Shown piece after piece: positions 14,105-26,512 of a DNA stretch of 64,000 nucleotides. How positions within the stretch are numbered: position 1 is the stretch's first letter; each line of letters begins with the position of its first letter. The notes below the pieces were generated by a model. That model made no database searches and was not told the DNA's origin. It saw only the letters and a list, made by a program, of their open reading frames with translations. The position numbers were made by a program, and so were the translations under genes. Source of the DNA: Squalus acanthias (Eukaryota); NCBI GenBank assembly GCA_030390025.1, contig CM059432.1, forward strand, positions 75,208,001 through 75,272,000, in the 5' to 3' direction.

Positions 14105-14235
14105 CTCCACAATGGCCTACATGCTGGTCTTTCACCCCAACCTGGGTTTGAATCTAGCCAATACTGATGAAATGAAAGTCTCCTCAGTGCTGACTGCCAA
14201 GGTCCTATGTGGAAAAAAATTGGGCAAGCTTATCC
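14105..14235 (+). mobile_element. Old tRNA-derived SINE head (LF-SINE-like)
   Basis: ctttcacc..ctgggtttgaatctagcc..gaaagtc; similar fragment near 17005. Confidence 0.35.
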
Positions 14236-16798
14236 CAATTCCTACTGGGCATTGTTTAAGGTCCACGGCACAAAACTGCCCCTAACTTCAGTCTCAAGGA
14301 GTTGAGGGGCTACAGGACAATTGAGAGAAATAGAAAATACCATGTTGGTGCTCTTCAGAGATGGAGCAGAGCGGAGGGGTGTTTCACTGTACATCTGACC
14401 AAGCTATCTATGCCTGAACTGGGAGCACTTGTGTGAATGAGCTATTGTCAGCATCAAGAAAATATTCCATTTCCCAGTAGTAATACTGCAGACTTATGAG
14501 TGCATATTTCAAAAATAAAAATTTCCAAAACAAGGATAAACCCATAGGTTGCTGCAACACAGCAAAAGAAAAGCACCTAACCACTGAAAGGGTGGCATAC
14601 CCCAGAAAAGGATCACAACTGGCAAGGCACTAAAACGCAACCAAATTTCAATTCACAAATTATTCTTGATACAAACACTGAATCCACTATTTTCTATCCT
14701 TTTGAAAAGAAAGATACAAGGACCAGTTAACTTTCACATTTTACTGAAGTTTGTGATTATAAAAAAAAGTCAGCTGTTCCAAACAACACTCACATAACGG
14801 TCAAGAAAAGTTAAGTGGGCACTTTATAAACAAAAATGGGGTTGACAAGACATTTAAAAAGTACAAGTTACATAGTATTTGAACTGAAGGAAATGCTGGT
14901 ATGCTTAACCTTAGCATTAAAAGCAACAGGATTTTTAAAAGCAACTTCATAAATTATGAATTATTGAAATAAAAATACAGATCATATAGTGCTACAATAA
15001 ATGCATGCCCAATTGCTTGGTTATGAATTCAAAATGACAGTTCAGCAATAAATGATACTGATCAGTCAAGGTCTGTACTTCACTGAAACTTGAGATTTTA
15101 GTTATGGGATAGTTATGCTCCTTTAGTTGCAAAAACCTGGCTTGAAAAGTTTGGAATACAAAGTCACCTGTACTGTGTTCTAAAAATGGTTCATGTCCTT
15201 GTAAAAAGGGGAGACATTTGTTAATTTCCCACCAGCTTTTGGTCTGCTTAATAAAAAAAATCTTTTGAATCTTGTTCTGTAAGTGGGGGGCGGGGGAGGG
15301 AAGAGAAGCAAGGAGAAGGGAAGAAACACAGCTGGTCAACACAATGTAGTCACTTTAATTAAAAGCAACTGACTATGCATTTCACAAATTCCCTTGCTTC
15401 GCTTTGCCTTTCAACTGACTATATGGACATGTGCCCCTGAACAGTTTAACACGGCTTTTTTGTTATCTTTTCCAAATGACTGGCTATGTAAAAATATCTC
15501 AATATTAATGTTAAAATGAAATGCCCTTAGCCAAAACGTTAAACGGTCTTTTCTCTATATATGCTGATGGACTGCTGTATATATCCAGCATTTTCTTATC
15601 AGACTTTCTGCGTTCTCAGTGAAGCTGTTTACAATAAGATAGCTACAGTTCGGAGTATGCAGTCCAGATGGAATGGTTTAATATACAACTCTGAAAGCTA
15701 TTCCGATATGGAACGGAAATAATTTATTTCACAAACTACCTACAAAGCCATGGAAATGACAATCTTCACTACACAAGAGCTCTATTACATACTACCCTGT
15801 GCTATGTTGGCAAGTGACTTGATGATGCAATAGAATTGTCTGCACAGCAAACTAATAGTTTTCGCCTTCAGTGCACATTCCTACTGTAACACACAATTAG
15901 AGCTGAACACTAATGAAGTAGGATTTACAATAACTCGATAAAGTGGTGCACATCATTCCAATTTTTGAAAACATAATTTAAGTTACTATTTTTTTTATTT
16001 ATAAACCAATTTAAATATGCCTTGTATTCTTGAAATTCCAACTTATGCTACAGTAATAAGTGGCCAACTCCATAATCAAGCACTGAAATAGTCGCCACCA
16101 TATATTTAACAAGGACATCGTCCCTTGAATGATGCACATGTTTCCTTCAGCTACTGCTTCATTAGTGGAACTTAAGTTGTAATTTAGGAGGCCTGCCCAA
16201 GTTAACACAATTATAGCTAGAAACAAGAACAATTATTTTTGCTTTAAAAACTGTATAAATATATTTTTGTACTTTCTTTTTCCTTTTATTTGTCCTCGGT
16301 AACAAGCACAGAATGAAGACCACAGGGATCCCACTCATGAACTGACTAGATGCAGCATGCAAGATGTTGCTCCCAGCGCACAAATATTCAAATTTATAGT
16401 GCACAATTCTCTGCATTGCCACGTTTGACAATTTTCATATGCATATAAACAATTAACACACTTCAGACATCATAACTCCAGGATGAGTTACTGGCTTGGA
16501 ACACAAACAAGCTATATGCTGTTGTGTGTAATATATAGTCATTTCTATTTTGCTGTTTGCCAATATGGCATCATGGCAGACAGAAATGAAAGGCCAATTC
16601 CATGCCATCAAGCCAGAAATGGTACACAAATGTATTTTACTACTAATATCTCTATTGTACATTTGAGATTGAGAAAGGTTGTTCCTCTAATTTAATGATA
16701 GATATGGAAATTAATTCTCAAAGACACAACAATCAAATCTAACCAGATTAAGAAACTAACAAGACTCCTACACTTGCCAAATTAAAAAAGGCAGGACA

Positions 16799-16980
16799 AC
16801 AGGAAATGCTGGAAATACTCAGCAGGTCAGGCAGCATCTGTGGAGAGAGAAAGGGCATTAACGTTTCAGGTCACCAGAAACCGACCTGAAACGTTAACTG
16901 TTTCTCTCTCTACAGATGACCTGCTGAGTATTTCCAGCATTTTCTGTTTTTATTTCAGATTTCCAGTATCCGCAGTATTT
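16799..16980. mobile_element. Fold-back Penelope pLTR mini-element
   Basis: Inverted arms meeting at aacgtttcaggtc / gacctgaaacgtt; 11-bp TSD aaggca(g/t)gaca at 16788 and 16981. Confidence 0.8.
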
Positions 16981-17904
16981 AAGGCATGACACTGGGGGAG
17001 AGGACGCCTTTCACCTCTGGTACCTGGACTCAAATCCTGATAGACAAAGTTGGGGAGTTTTACTGTGCCAACTGAGCTATACCCAAGTCTGAAGTGCTTT
17101 AGATAGTGTTCCCAAATTGGTAAAGATGTCCCAGTTACCAACACTAAAATCCTTCACTTTGAACGACATTCAAAATGTCATTCATGAAAAAGGAGATACT
17201 GTGCTTCGTTGACCCCGAGTTTTATGGACCAATACAGTGGTATTATCTTCAGTATGTGTCTTCATCTAGTTCACTTTTATCAAACATCCCAAATCTTTAT
17301 CTTATAAAATGTCATTTCAACAGAAGATACTGTTTTAGTTTGTAAAGCAAGTCACAAAGCTACCCTACAGAAGATATATTTAGTACAAGGGCAGTTTAGC
17401 ACATCAAAGTCTACAACAAATAAAGTATCACAGCCCCCCACATACATGAAACATTCAGTCCCAATGTCCAAACATGCCCACACTACAGCCCATGGAAATA
17501 ATCCTCCATAAGCAACCACAAAGAAAAACTTGCATGGGACTCATTTTGACATTCATAATTTCACAATGCACTGTGTTCAGTTTGTGTACATTCAAGTATT
17601 CAAAATCTTTATTACGACAGAAAACACAAAAGAGATTAAGGTTTATGAGCTTTCTATTCCTCATATGGCATTGCAAATAACCTGGCTAAAATCAGGAACT
17701 TCCAAAAACCTGGAGGTAAGAAAATTCTAATCCAGGACAGGAACAGAAACCACAATGTTATGCGCTTAAGCACACCTACTAGTGTACAGAGAGCCTGTAT
17801 AGAAATTGGCAGGGCAATGGAAGTACTGTGTTTGGGGAAAACTAAAGAAGATTAAAAAAAATAGGCAGTGGAGACTTCCCCAATGGGTCTGCAAAATTGT
17901 CCAG

Positions 17905-18375
17905 TAGCTTTTAGTAATTTGTGTACCACCCAAATCCCTCTGCTTATCCAGTTTCTAGTCTCTTACCATTTAGAAAATATGTCTTTCTTGGATCTAAAGT
18001 GGATTCCCTCTCACTTCTGCACAATGAATTCCATCTGCCAGTTTTGCTTACTTACTGTCTCTAACTTTCTACTTCCATCTACACATCGGTGTCATCTGCA
18101 AACTTGGATATACAACTCTCCATTCATTATCCAAGTCATTGATATATATGGTGAAAAGCTGAAGCCCCAGTACAGATCCCTGGGGAAAACCACTTGTTAC
18201 ATTCCACCAATCAGTACATTCCCTTCATCCTACCTCCCAACCAATTTTCAATCCAAGTCCTAAGGTTTCCTCCATTTTCATGTGCTCTCATTTTTGCTAA
18301 TAATCACTTGTGTGGAACCGTATCAAATGCCTTCTGGAAGTCCATAATGACACTCCCTTGTCCACCTCGTTAGTA
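17905..18375 (-). mobile_element. Degenerate CR1 RT fragment
   Basis: gtcatctgcaaac (FADD) and tcaaatgccttctggaagtcc (DFQKAFD) on minus strand. Confidence 0.8.
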
Positions 18376-19200
18376 ACCGATTCACTTTCCCTGTCCGATA
18401 TAGCTTTCGGAGCATATACCCAGCATCCAGGTAACACCTTTCAGTAGTTGTCAAAGTCAGAGTTTCCTCATCAGCTATACAACAGAGATCGACCTTCAAA
18501 CAGATGAACACTAGTTGTTTTCAAATTCAATCAGCAACCATTACTTGAACAGAAGTAAGTAATTTCTGAATCGAGCTGTCGTGCCTCGACGTTACCATTT
18601 GGACCGTGCACAATGTAAACCCACAACGTCTGGCAGATGAGACTCAAGCTATGTCCTCTTCCAGTCAGCACAGCAGCTCAATGCAACGTGGAATTTTAAA
18701 CTATTATATAAAGTAGTCAAGGAGAAACTAACAGATGTAAAGATCCTCCCCACTGTACAAACTGTTTAACATCCTGCAAAAAGAATCAATGCAGATGGGT
18801 AGAGACTGCAGAAAATGCATTTAACTGAACCCAGGTATAAAACCAGTGCCGAGATTTGCATATCACCTCTGAAAAAAGAGGCGACATATCGATCTGAGAG
18901 ACCGAGTGGCAAATTCTGCACGAAGAGTGATAACCCCTCGGATACAAGGTGCAGCCTCTTCTAACACGGAGGCAAACGGGGAAAGCTGCATTTAAAAAAA
19001 CACATGCAAGCCCGCCCCCGCTCAGTAACAACGCTGCATCTCCCGGTGCGGTGCCCGCTCACCGCTCTCCAGGAGCAGGGTTGGCGTCACGCTGCTCCCT
19101 TCCAATGCCGCCCTCGCGGCTCAACCCGAGTTCCGAGCTCCCGGGTCGGGTCCGGCCCGCAGCCTCCCGCCGAGGCGCTGTGCCCCTCGAGCTCTCTCAC

Positions 19201-19330
19201 CTTTTCTGGATCCCGCGGAGTTCGATCTGCTGTTACCGGCCTTGTTCTTTGAAGTCATGGTGTGAAATATTTTGTAAATCGAGGCGGAGGAGAAATAAAC
19301 ATAAAATAACCGCCCGCTCGACGCAACGTT
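19201..19330 (-). CDS. Exon 1 of unnamed host gene; ATG at 19258 encodes MTSKNKAGNSRSNSAGSRK (phase-1 end); TSS approximate
   Basis: Donor AAG|gtgaga at 19201/19200, ACCATGA context, directly downstream of CCAAT boxes. Confidence 0.75.
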
Positions 19331-19543
19331 AAAGCAAATTTTGACCGCAACCTAATCTGAGCCACATCCTGCTGATTGACAGCACGACGCGACCAATCAG
19401 TGCCACCCTTCGCCTTTTGAAGCGTAACTCCTATTGGACAGCCGGCGATCTGTCCCGCCCCTCGCCGCTGAAGGGGCCGGGGCTGCATTCTACAGCAGGG
19501 TTGGTTGAGGTGCAGCGCGCGCGCGCCGAGCGAACGTGGCAAC

Positions 19544-19589
19544 ATGGAAGCAGCAAAGCCTCGCGAGAACGGCTGCTGGCTTCAGCCAG
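19544..19589 (+). CDS. Candidate first coding exon of a divergent transcript (MEAAKPRENGCWLQP)
   Basis: GGCAACATGG Kozak context and CAG|gtgggc donor within the CpG island; no downstream exon identified. Confidence 0.35.
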
Positions 19590-19669
19590 GTGGGCTGCAG
19601 CTTTGATGTCTGAGTGGCTATTTGCAAAGAAATGCAATTCAATTTTTTAAATCTTAAATATTGTTCTAT

Positions 19670-19850
19670 TATTTTTGAAATGTATTCTTGAGATGTTGGT
19701 GATGCTGGCAAGGCCACATTTAATGCCCAACCCAACCCCAGTTGCCCTGAGAAGGTGGTGGTGGACTTTCTCATTGAATCACTGCAGATTGTGCACCCAC
19801 AGTGGTGTTAGATGGATAATTCCAGGACTCTGACCCAGAGACCATGTATG
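19670..19850 (-). mobile_element. LINE family B 3' tail
   Basis: gatgctggcaaggcc..gccctgagaaggtggtgg. Confidence 0.75.
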
Positions 19851-20221
19851 AATATCTGCAAATGTTAGACTTCTGGCAACCAATAGACTACAACAGAAGA
19901 TCGTAATATTTTTGGCAGGATAAGACCATTGGCCCATCTAGCTTACCCTTCCAAACATTCCCTTTAGGTCCCTTAGGGTGATTCTGGGACTAAACCCAAA
20001 GACAGGTTTAGGTTGTACATAAATCTACCAAAGGCTACATAGTAACCCTGCAATACCAGGGAAGGTACAATATTTAGGGCAATTCTTTAGGGACATGACA
20101 AAGATGTTGAAAAATAGTTTGAATTATTTGTTGAAAGGACCTGTAGCAATATGTTGAAATGCCTATGTGAATTTTGTTTTCTGGCAAACTGGGAAGGACT
20201 GATAATTGCATATTATATTGA

Positions 20222-20320
20222 GAAGTCGCACAACACCAGGTTATAGTCCAACAGTTTTATTTGAAATTACGAGCTTTCGGAGCTCTGCTCCTTCATCCGG
20301 TACAGTCAGGTCAGGTACAG
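20222..20320 (-). mobile_element. 99-bp Penelope-type mini-element with degenerate hammerhead
   Basis: Minus strand CGGATGA-AGGAGC-AGA-GCTCC-GAAAGCT; exact 14-bp TSD gcatattatattga at 20208 and 20321. Confidence 0.75.
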
Positions 20321-20334
20321 GCATATTATATTGA

Positions 20335-20770
20335 TACAGGAGAGGATGCTCCCATTGCAAGTTATTTTGTTGTAGGTCACTGGCAAAATGAACATTGGCA
20401 GCCAATATGTCAATAAGATGCTAGCAGGAGCTTATACGGAGTCAGCTTCAGGTCCATGGGAGATTCCTGCAGACATTGTCCCAAAGTCATCTGGGAGGGC
20501 TAGATTCTGCATCAACTACAGAAGATTGAATGAGCTTACTGTTAAAAGACAAATACCCAATGTCACATGTGGATGTCAAAAGCTAAGTATATTAGTACGC
20601 TGGGCTTGGCTCCTGGATGGTGGCAAGGACTGTACATCTGACAACAGGATCAAGTCAGAATTGTTCCAGTTCAAGTTGCTATGATTTGAATTTAGCAGTG
20701 CTATATGCCAGCACCTTATCACTAAGGTGCTGGCTGGTCCTATGTACAACTGTTCTGTAATCTAGCTGGG
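20335..20770 (+). mobile_element. Degenerate Ty3/Gypsy reverse transcriptase fragment
   Basis: GPW..P..IVPKSSGRARFCINYRRLNELT and LFQFK match Gypsy RT motifs. Confidence 0.75.
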
Positions 20771-20779
20771 ATTATGTCC

Positions 20780-22475
20780 TTTTTTTATTCATTCTCGGGA
20801 AGTGGCCATCGCTGGCAAGGGCTGGCATTTATTGACCATCCCGAGTTGCTCTCGAGAAGATGGTGGTGGGCCTTTTCCTTGAACCACTGCAGTCCATATA
20901 ATGAAAGTGCTCCCACAATGCTGTTTGGTAGGGAGTTCCATGATATGAACCAAGCGATGATAAAGGAATAGCAATATATGTCCAAGTCAGAATGATGTGT
21001 GACTTGGAGGTGATGGTGTTCCCATCCACCTGCTGCCCTTGTCCTGCTAGGTGGTGAAGGTCGTGGGTTTGGGAGGTGATACCAAAGAACCCCTGGTTAG
21101 TTAGGGCAGTGTATCCTATAGACAGTACACATTGCAACCATGGTGCAACCAATGGGTGGCTGTTTAGGCTAGTGTATGAGGTGCTATCAAGTAGATTTCT
21201 TTGTCCTGGATGGTGTTGAACTGCGTGAGTGTTGTTGCTTCAGGCAAGTGCAAATATTCCATCGCATTCCTGACTTGTGCTTTTTAGGTGGTGGAGAGGC
21301 TTTGAGGAGTCAGAAGATAAGCTACTCGTTGCAGAATACCCAGCTTCTGACATGGTCTAGTAGCCACAGCATTTATGAGGCTAGTTCCATTGAGTATCTG
21401 TTCAAAGGTGACCCCCAGCATGTTGATGGTAGGGGACTTGGTGATGGTAATGCTTGTTGAAGATAGTCATTGGCATGAATGTTACTTGCCACTTATCAGT
21501 CCAAGCCTGGACGTTGTCCAGGTCTTGCTGAATGCGTGCCTGGACTGCTTCATTATCTGAGGAATTGCAAATGGAGCTGAACAATGTACAGTCATCAATG
21601 AACAGCCCTACTTCCTACCTTATGATGGAGCGATGGCCATTGACGAAGCAGCTGAAGGTAGTTAGGCCTTGGATGTGGCCTGACGGACTCCTGCAGCGAT
21701 ATCCTGGGGCTGAAATCATTGGCCTCAACAACCATCTTCTTTTGTGCTTGGTATGACTCCAGCCACTGGAGAGATTTCCCCCGATCCCCATTGACTTCAG
21801 TTTTACTAGGGCTCCTTGGTGCCACACTCAGTCAAACGCTGCCTTGATGTCAAGGGCAGTCACTGTCGTTTCACCTCAGGTATTCAGGTCTTGTGTCCAT
21901 GTTTGGACCAAGAGTGTAATGTGGTCTGGAGCAGAATGATCCATTGCGAAACCCAACAAGAGCATCAGTCAGCGGGTTATTAGTGAGTAAGTGCTGCTTG
22001 ATAGGACTGTTGACAACTCCTTCCATCACTTTGCAATGATTAGGCTGATAGGGTGGTAATTGGCCGTGTTGAATTTGCCCTGCTTTTTGTGGATAGGACA
22101 TACCTGGACAATTTTCCACATTGTTGAGTAGATGCCAGTGTTGTAACTGCACTGGAACAGCTTAGCTAAGGGTCTTCAGTGCTACAGGTGGGATGTTGTC
22201 GGGGCCCATAGCCTTTGCTGTGCCCAGTGCACTTAGTCGTTTCTTGATGTCACTTTGAGTGAATGGAATTGGCTGAAGACTTGCACCTCTGATGATGGGG
22301 ACATCAGGAGGAGACCGAGAAGGATCATCCATTCGGCACTTCTGGCTGAAGCTGGTTACAAATGCTTATATTTTGCAATCACTTGCTGGACTCCGCCATT
22401 GTTGAGGATGGGGATATTTATGGAGTCTCTGCCTCCTGTTAGTTGCTTAATTGTCCACTACTATTCACATCGGAA
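20780..22475 (-). mobile_element. LINE family B, degenerate
   Basis: WHQGALVKLKSMGI, DNEAVQARIQQDLDNVQAW, shared 3' tail. Confidence 0.88.
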
Positions 22476-22950
22476 TGTATTTTTCTTGGGATTTATGGGG
22501 CCAATTTTGTCTTTAAAATGGGTACAAACAGGGTGTAATGGATTTGAGTTCCACCTAATCTCTGCCTATTCTTGGAGGCATCTAATTTTTGATCTGGGGT
22601 TTGAGGTGAAGATTGAGAACTCCCATCTGAAACAGTCAGGAGCTTCATTAATACAGTCAAAGAAAGAGGAAGCGACATCATATAGATAGTAGTGTGACTT
22701 TACGCAGTTTTTTCTGGATTCAACCAATTTGTGCTGACAATCAGAAACTTCAGGCATTGGCAGAGTTAAGACAGTTCATTCAAGCAGAATCCATTTAAAG
22801 ACACCTGCAGCTGTCTCCAGGTGCTTGTGCAACTCTCATTTCTTCATTTTAACTTACTTTCTCAAAAACATTGGCTCTCTGTGTGAAGAAGGTTCACAAC
22901 AGGTGTTTTGATTTGGCCATTTCTACTGCCTTATTAGCCCTTTGCACTTG

Positions 22951-25900
22951 GGGGGGCTCGATTTTAATAGCCCTTTGGAGGCGGGTCTGTTGGGATCATC
23001 AGGGAAAAATGGCTTCAGACACCCAACCCGCCTCCATCCCGCCCCCACCCGATTTTCCTGAGTGTCTGTTTAGCCGCTCCCAAACTGACCCGTCTCCAAC
23101 CGGTGGGACAGGTAGTTAAGGCAGTTAACAGCCTGTTAACTGCCTTGCTAATCCTATTTTCATAGTGGTTTCCCATTTTCCTGCTTCTGGCTCCTGTTTC
23201 CCGACTAGTCAGAAATAGGCCAGGTTCAAGGAGACGAGTTGCTGGAGGACATGGTTTGTATGCATTGGTGGAGCGCTTTAAAAGCACCCCAGAAACATGG
23301 CTGACATTCAAATGCAACAACTTTGCTGTTGTAGGTATGGGATAACATTTTGCACATCTACTGACCTTCTGACTGTTCAAGCTGACACCCATCTGCTGTG
23401 TGTCATGAATGGAATTATTTCAGGCCACTTCGACTGTGCACTTGCAAGATTGTTACCTCAAATGAAATCTATAGCAAGGGGATGGGAAACATTTATGCCC
23501 TCTCATCCTAGTCCTCATAATCAGGGGAGTAGCAGCCGCGTGGCTCAGCACCGATCTTCCTGGGAAGAGGAGAAGGAGGAGGACGAGGGAAGCCTTGCAT
23601 GCCCTGTTGTGACCAATGCAGCATCCCTCCAGTTCACTGCTGCCTGTCAACCAGGGTATGCACACTACCATAAGCTTACTCTTCAACCATAGGTGGCCAC
23701 CATATGGCTCTGTAATTGCAGGTGACACTTGTCCAACATCATACTTCATCTCTGCTATACCCTGTTATTTTCTATCACTTTTACCATCAGCATTACAAAT
23801 GCAAGTCGCCCTGAGCCCTCAATGCGCCTTTGCCATTTCCCATAACACATAGACCACACAATCAACTATTTGACATAATTTATCTTTAACACATGACAAA
23901 AGAATAATATACCAGCAAGAGTCAAAAAAAAAAGAAACATCACCCAAGTGAGTCCCCTTGTGACTATAGGTGCTTAATCTTTCTCTTACACATGTTTCTA
24001 CATGTACTTCTCCTGTGGCTTCAGCAGATGTAGAGGCACCTTGCTGACTAGGATGCTGCGCCTGCTTAGACGCCTTTGGCGGGCGTCCTCTGGGTTTGGG
24101 AGCCTGGAGGGCTCTTCAGCAGTCTGCTCTTCCTGCGGCTGTGCAGGGGCTGAAACGGCCATCTCAGTTGTCTCTGCAAAGTGGGTCTCTGACCGAGGGC
24201 TCCGCAGTGGCATGGTCGTGTGAGCGCTTTGAGAGGAGCCCACACTTTCTTCTGTCCTACCAACAACATGGGTCAGCCGCACCTCAGTGCTGGCAAGTGG
24301 CAGGAGAGCACCTTGCTGCACTTCAGGGGGACCATGAGGACCCGTATCTACACTGACAGTCCTCCTCACAAGGACATCCATAAAGCTCTGGTCTCTCTGC
24401 TCAATAGCTGCCCATTGCTCCTCCAGAGATGTCAGTCTATTCTGAACAGTCACCATGTTTTCCTGACTGGCGACTTATTTCCTCCATGGCCGTAGCCATC
24501 CTTTCCACTGAGGTAGCCAGCCTTTCCATGGAGGTTGCCTTCCTATCCATGGTGGTGTGTTCATGCACCATTGCCTCCACCATGGCAGTGCTGATGTTAC
24601 AGATGGGCTCCTCCATTCTCTCCACACTCGCACTAACCCTGGAGGCAAACCCTTCCAGAGACACCTGCACTCGTTCCTGTATTTCACGAACTGCTCTTTT
24701 TCTGGATGGCCCCAGAGGTACAGCGTCTGCATGCAGCTCAGCAGAGCTAGGAGAGTCCTGCGACCTCCGCAGAGGACTCTCCACTGCTGTCGCTGTCTCC
24801 ACCATCTGCTGATGCTCACTTGTGCGCTGTGATAGACCAGGTGGCAACACTACTCGAACTCGCGATGGCCCCACCGAGGTGTGCGTTGCTGTGCTGGTGC
24901 TGGGTGCGCTGAGTCCTGGTGACACTGGTCCCTCAGAGGCTTCAGGTTCCTCTGAGGAGATATCCGGGTCTTCGTCCGGGATCGTGCAGAGGGGGGGCGC
25001 TCAATGGTCCTGTGGGAGAGTAAAGGCTTGAATTAGAAATCTGATATTGATGTAGCAGACACATCCTTTTGAGCAGATGATACAAAGCGATTCTCTATGA
25101 ACATCATATTCCATTGCTTTCTGAGAGGGATGAAACTCTATTATGTCACCAGCTTCCTCTAGTGTGCCCGTCTCTCCATCGCCCACTTCCAGGTCCTCGC
25201 CACCTCCAACAATCTCGTTTGCTGCCTCCTCAGCACTGGTCAATGTTGCAAGGGTAGGTGTTCCTCCTTCAGTCAGTGCTCTCTCCCTCTTATTGTGGTC
25301 TATCTTTTCCTGCAAGGAGGGATACAAGCGGTGTTTCAGCCACAGTGATGGAGTGAGTGTGATTAATCCTAACCATAGAAGCTTTGAGGGAGACGAAGAT
25401 GGTGCAAGGTCCCAAGAGGAAGGTAGCTCCCTGTACGTTGTTAGTTGTTGTCACTGCACGACAGTGAGAGCGAGTCTAAAGGGTGCCTCGGCAGGATGCT
25501 GAAGTGATTCAGTGCAGAGACAGAAATGGATAGGAAAGGGTGCAAGGGAAGTAAGAGTGAGGTGGGATGTGAAGGAGGAGGCTTACAATGCCGAGTGCTG
25601 GTGATGAGAAGAGAAGGGAAGCAGAGTTGAAGGCAAGTGAGATGGGATACTCACTTTTGATGTTCTCACAAGATCATTAAACCTTTTGCGGCACTGGATC
25701 CATGACCGTGCATAAATGGACCTTGCGCTCACCTCCTAAGCAATGTGCAGCCAGGCTGCCTTGGTCTGCTGAGGAGGCTTCCTCCGGCCATCAGGAGGGA
25801 AGAGAATCTCCCTGCGCCCTCTGACAGCATCCACAAGAACCTGGAGGGACTCATCATTAAACCGAGGAGCTGCCTTGCCTCTGGAAGAAGTCATAGCTGT

Positions 25901-26157
25901 GAAAAGAAGTGCAGGAAACCACAATGGAAAGGCTCAGGCTGGATGGCAGCTTTAAAAGCAGCTGCTTTTATGACGTCATCAGAAGCGGTCAGCCGACCCG
26001 ATCCCACTCATTGGACCAGCCAGCGCGCCTCCATGAAATTAACAAGCTAGTTTAATAAAAATCGCAACTCTTCAGCTGTTCCCGCCGGAAGCGGCTCCCG
26101 AAAACCGCCCACCACGCAATCTGACTCCAACCCGCCTTCGGAATTAAAATCGAGCCC
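22951..26157. mobile_element. PIF/Harbinger DNA transposon, non-autonomous
   Basis: 15-bp TIR GGGCTCGATTTTAAT (22954) / ATTAAAATCGAGCCC (26143-26157), flanking TTG on both sides, internal Myb/SANT gene. Confidence 0.88.
23998..25894 (-). pseudogene. Harbinger Myb/SANT-like DNA-binding gene, 3 exons (25894-25655, 25309-25150, 25009-~23998)
   Basis: APRFNDESLQVLVDAV..AW..IA*EV..RSWIQCRKRFNDL; GT-AG introns; premature TAG at 25736-25738 and frameshift near 24440. Confidence 0.85.
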
Positions 26158-26512
26158 TTGGAGCCCTCTGGAAATCCTACTTTACTTGGCAAATGTGGAG
26201 GAAAAGGAGGAGAAAGAAAGAAAGCCATGGTGCTGGGCAAGGTATAGGACATCAGAGGAGAACTGCCTGTATTCACCCTTGCACTCTTAGCCAAGTATAC
26301 AGACTAAGGTGAACATTCCTGCAGTTAATTGAAGAGCAGTACATCTGGAGGCTATTCTTCATCAGAGAGGCAGTGACAGTTGTATCACATGCTGCAAGAT
26401 GACTTTAAGCCAATTACCCGAGTAAACATAGTACTGCCTATTTTATTAAAGGCCACAGCTGCTCTGAGCTTTTTTGCTTTCAGCTCTTTTCGGGCTACCA
26501 CAGGATCTATTT

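Larger units (their letters stand above)
19000..19620. promoter_or_regulatory. CpG-island promoter, possibly bidirectional
   Basis: CpG-rich unique sequence; CCAAT boxes at ~19393 (+) and ~19433 (-), GC box 19454-19461, (GC)6 at 19515, CCTCGCGAGA at 19559. Confidence 0.85.

Noticed and set aside
18949..19774. Several 60-130 aa ORFs over the promoter
   Set aside because: Expected from the GC richness of a CpG island; no domain features
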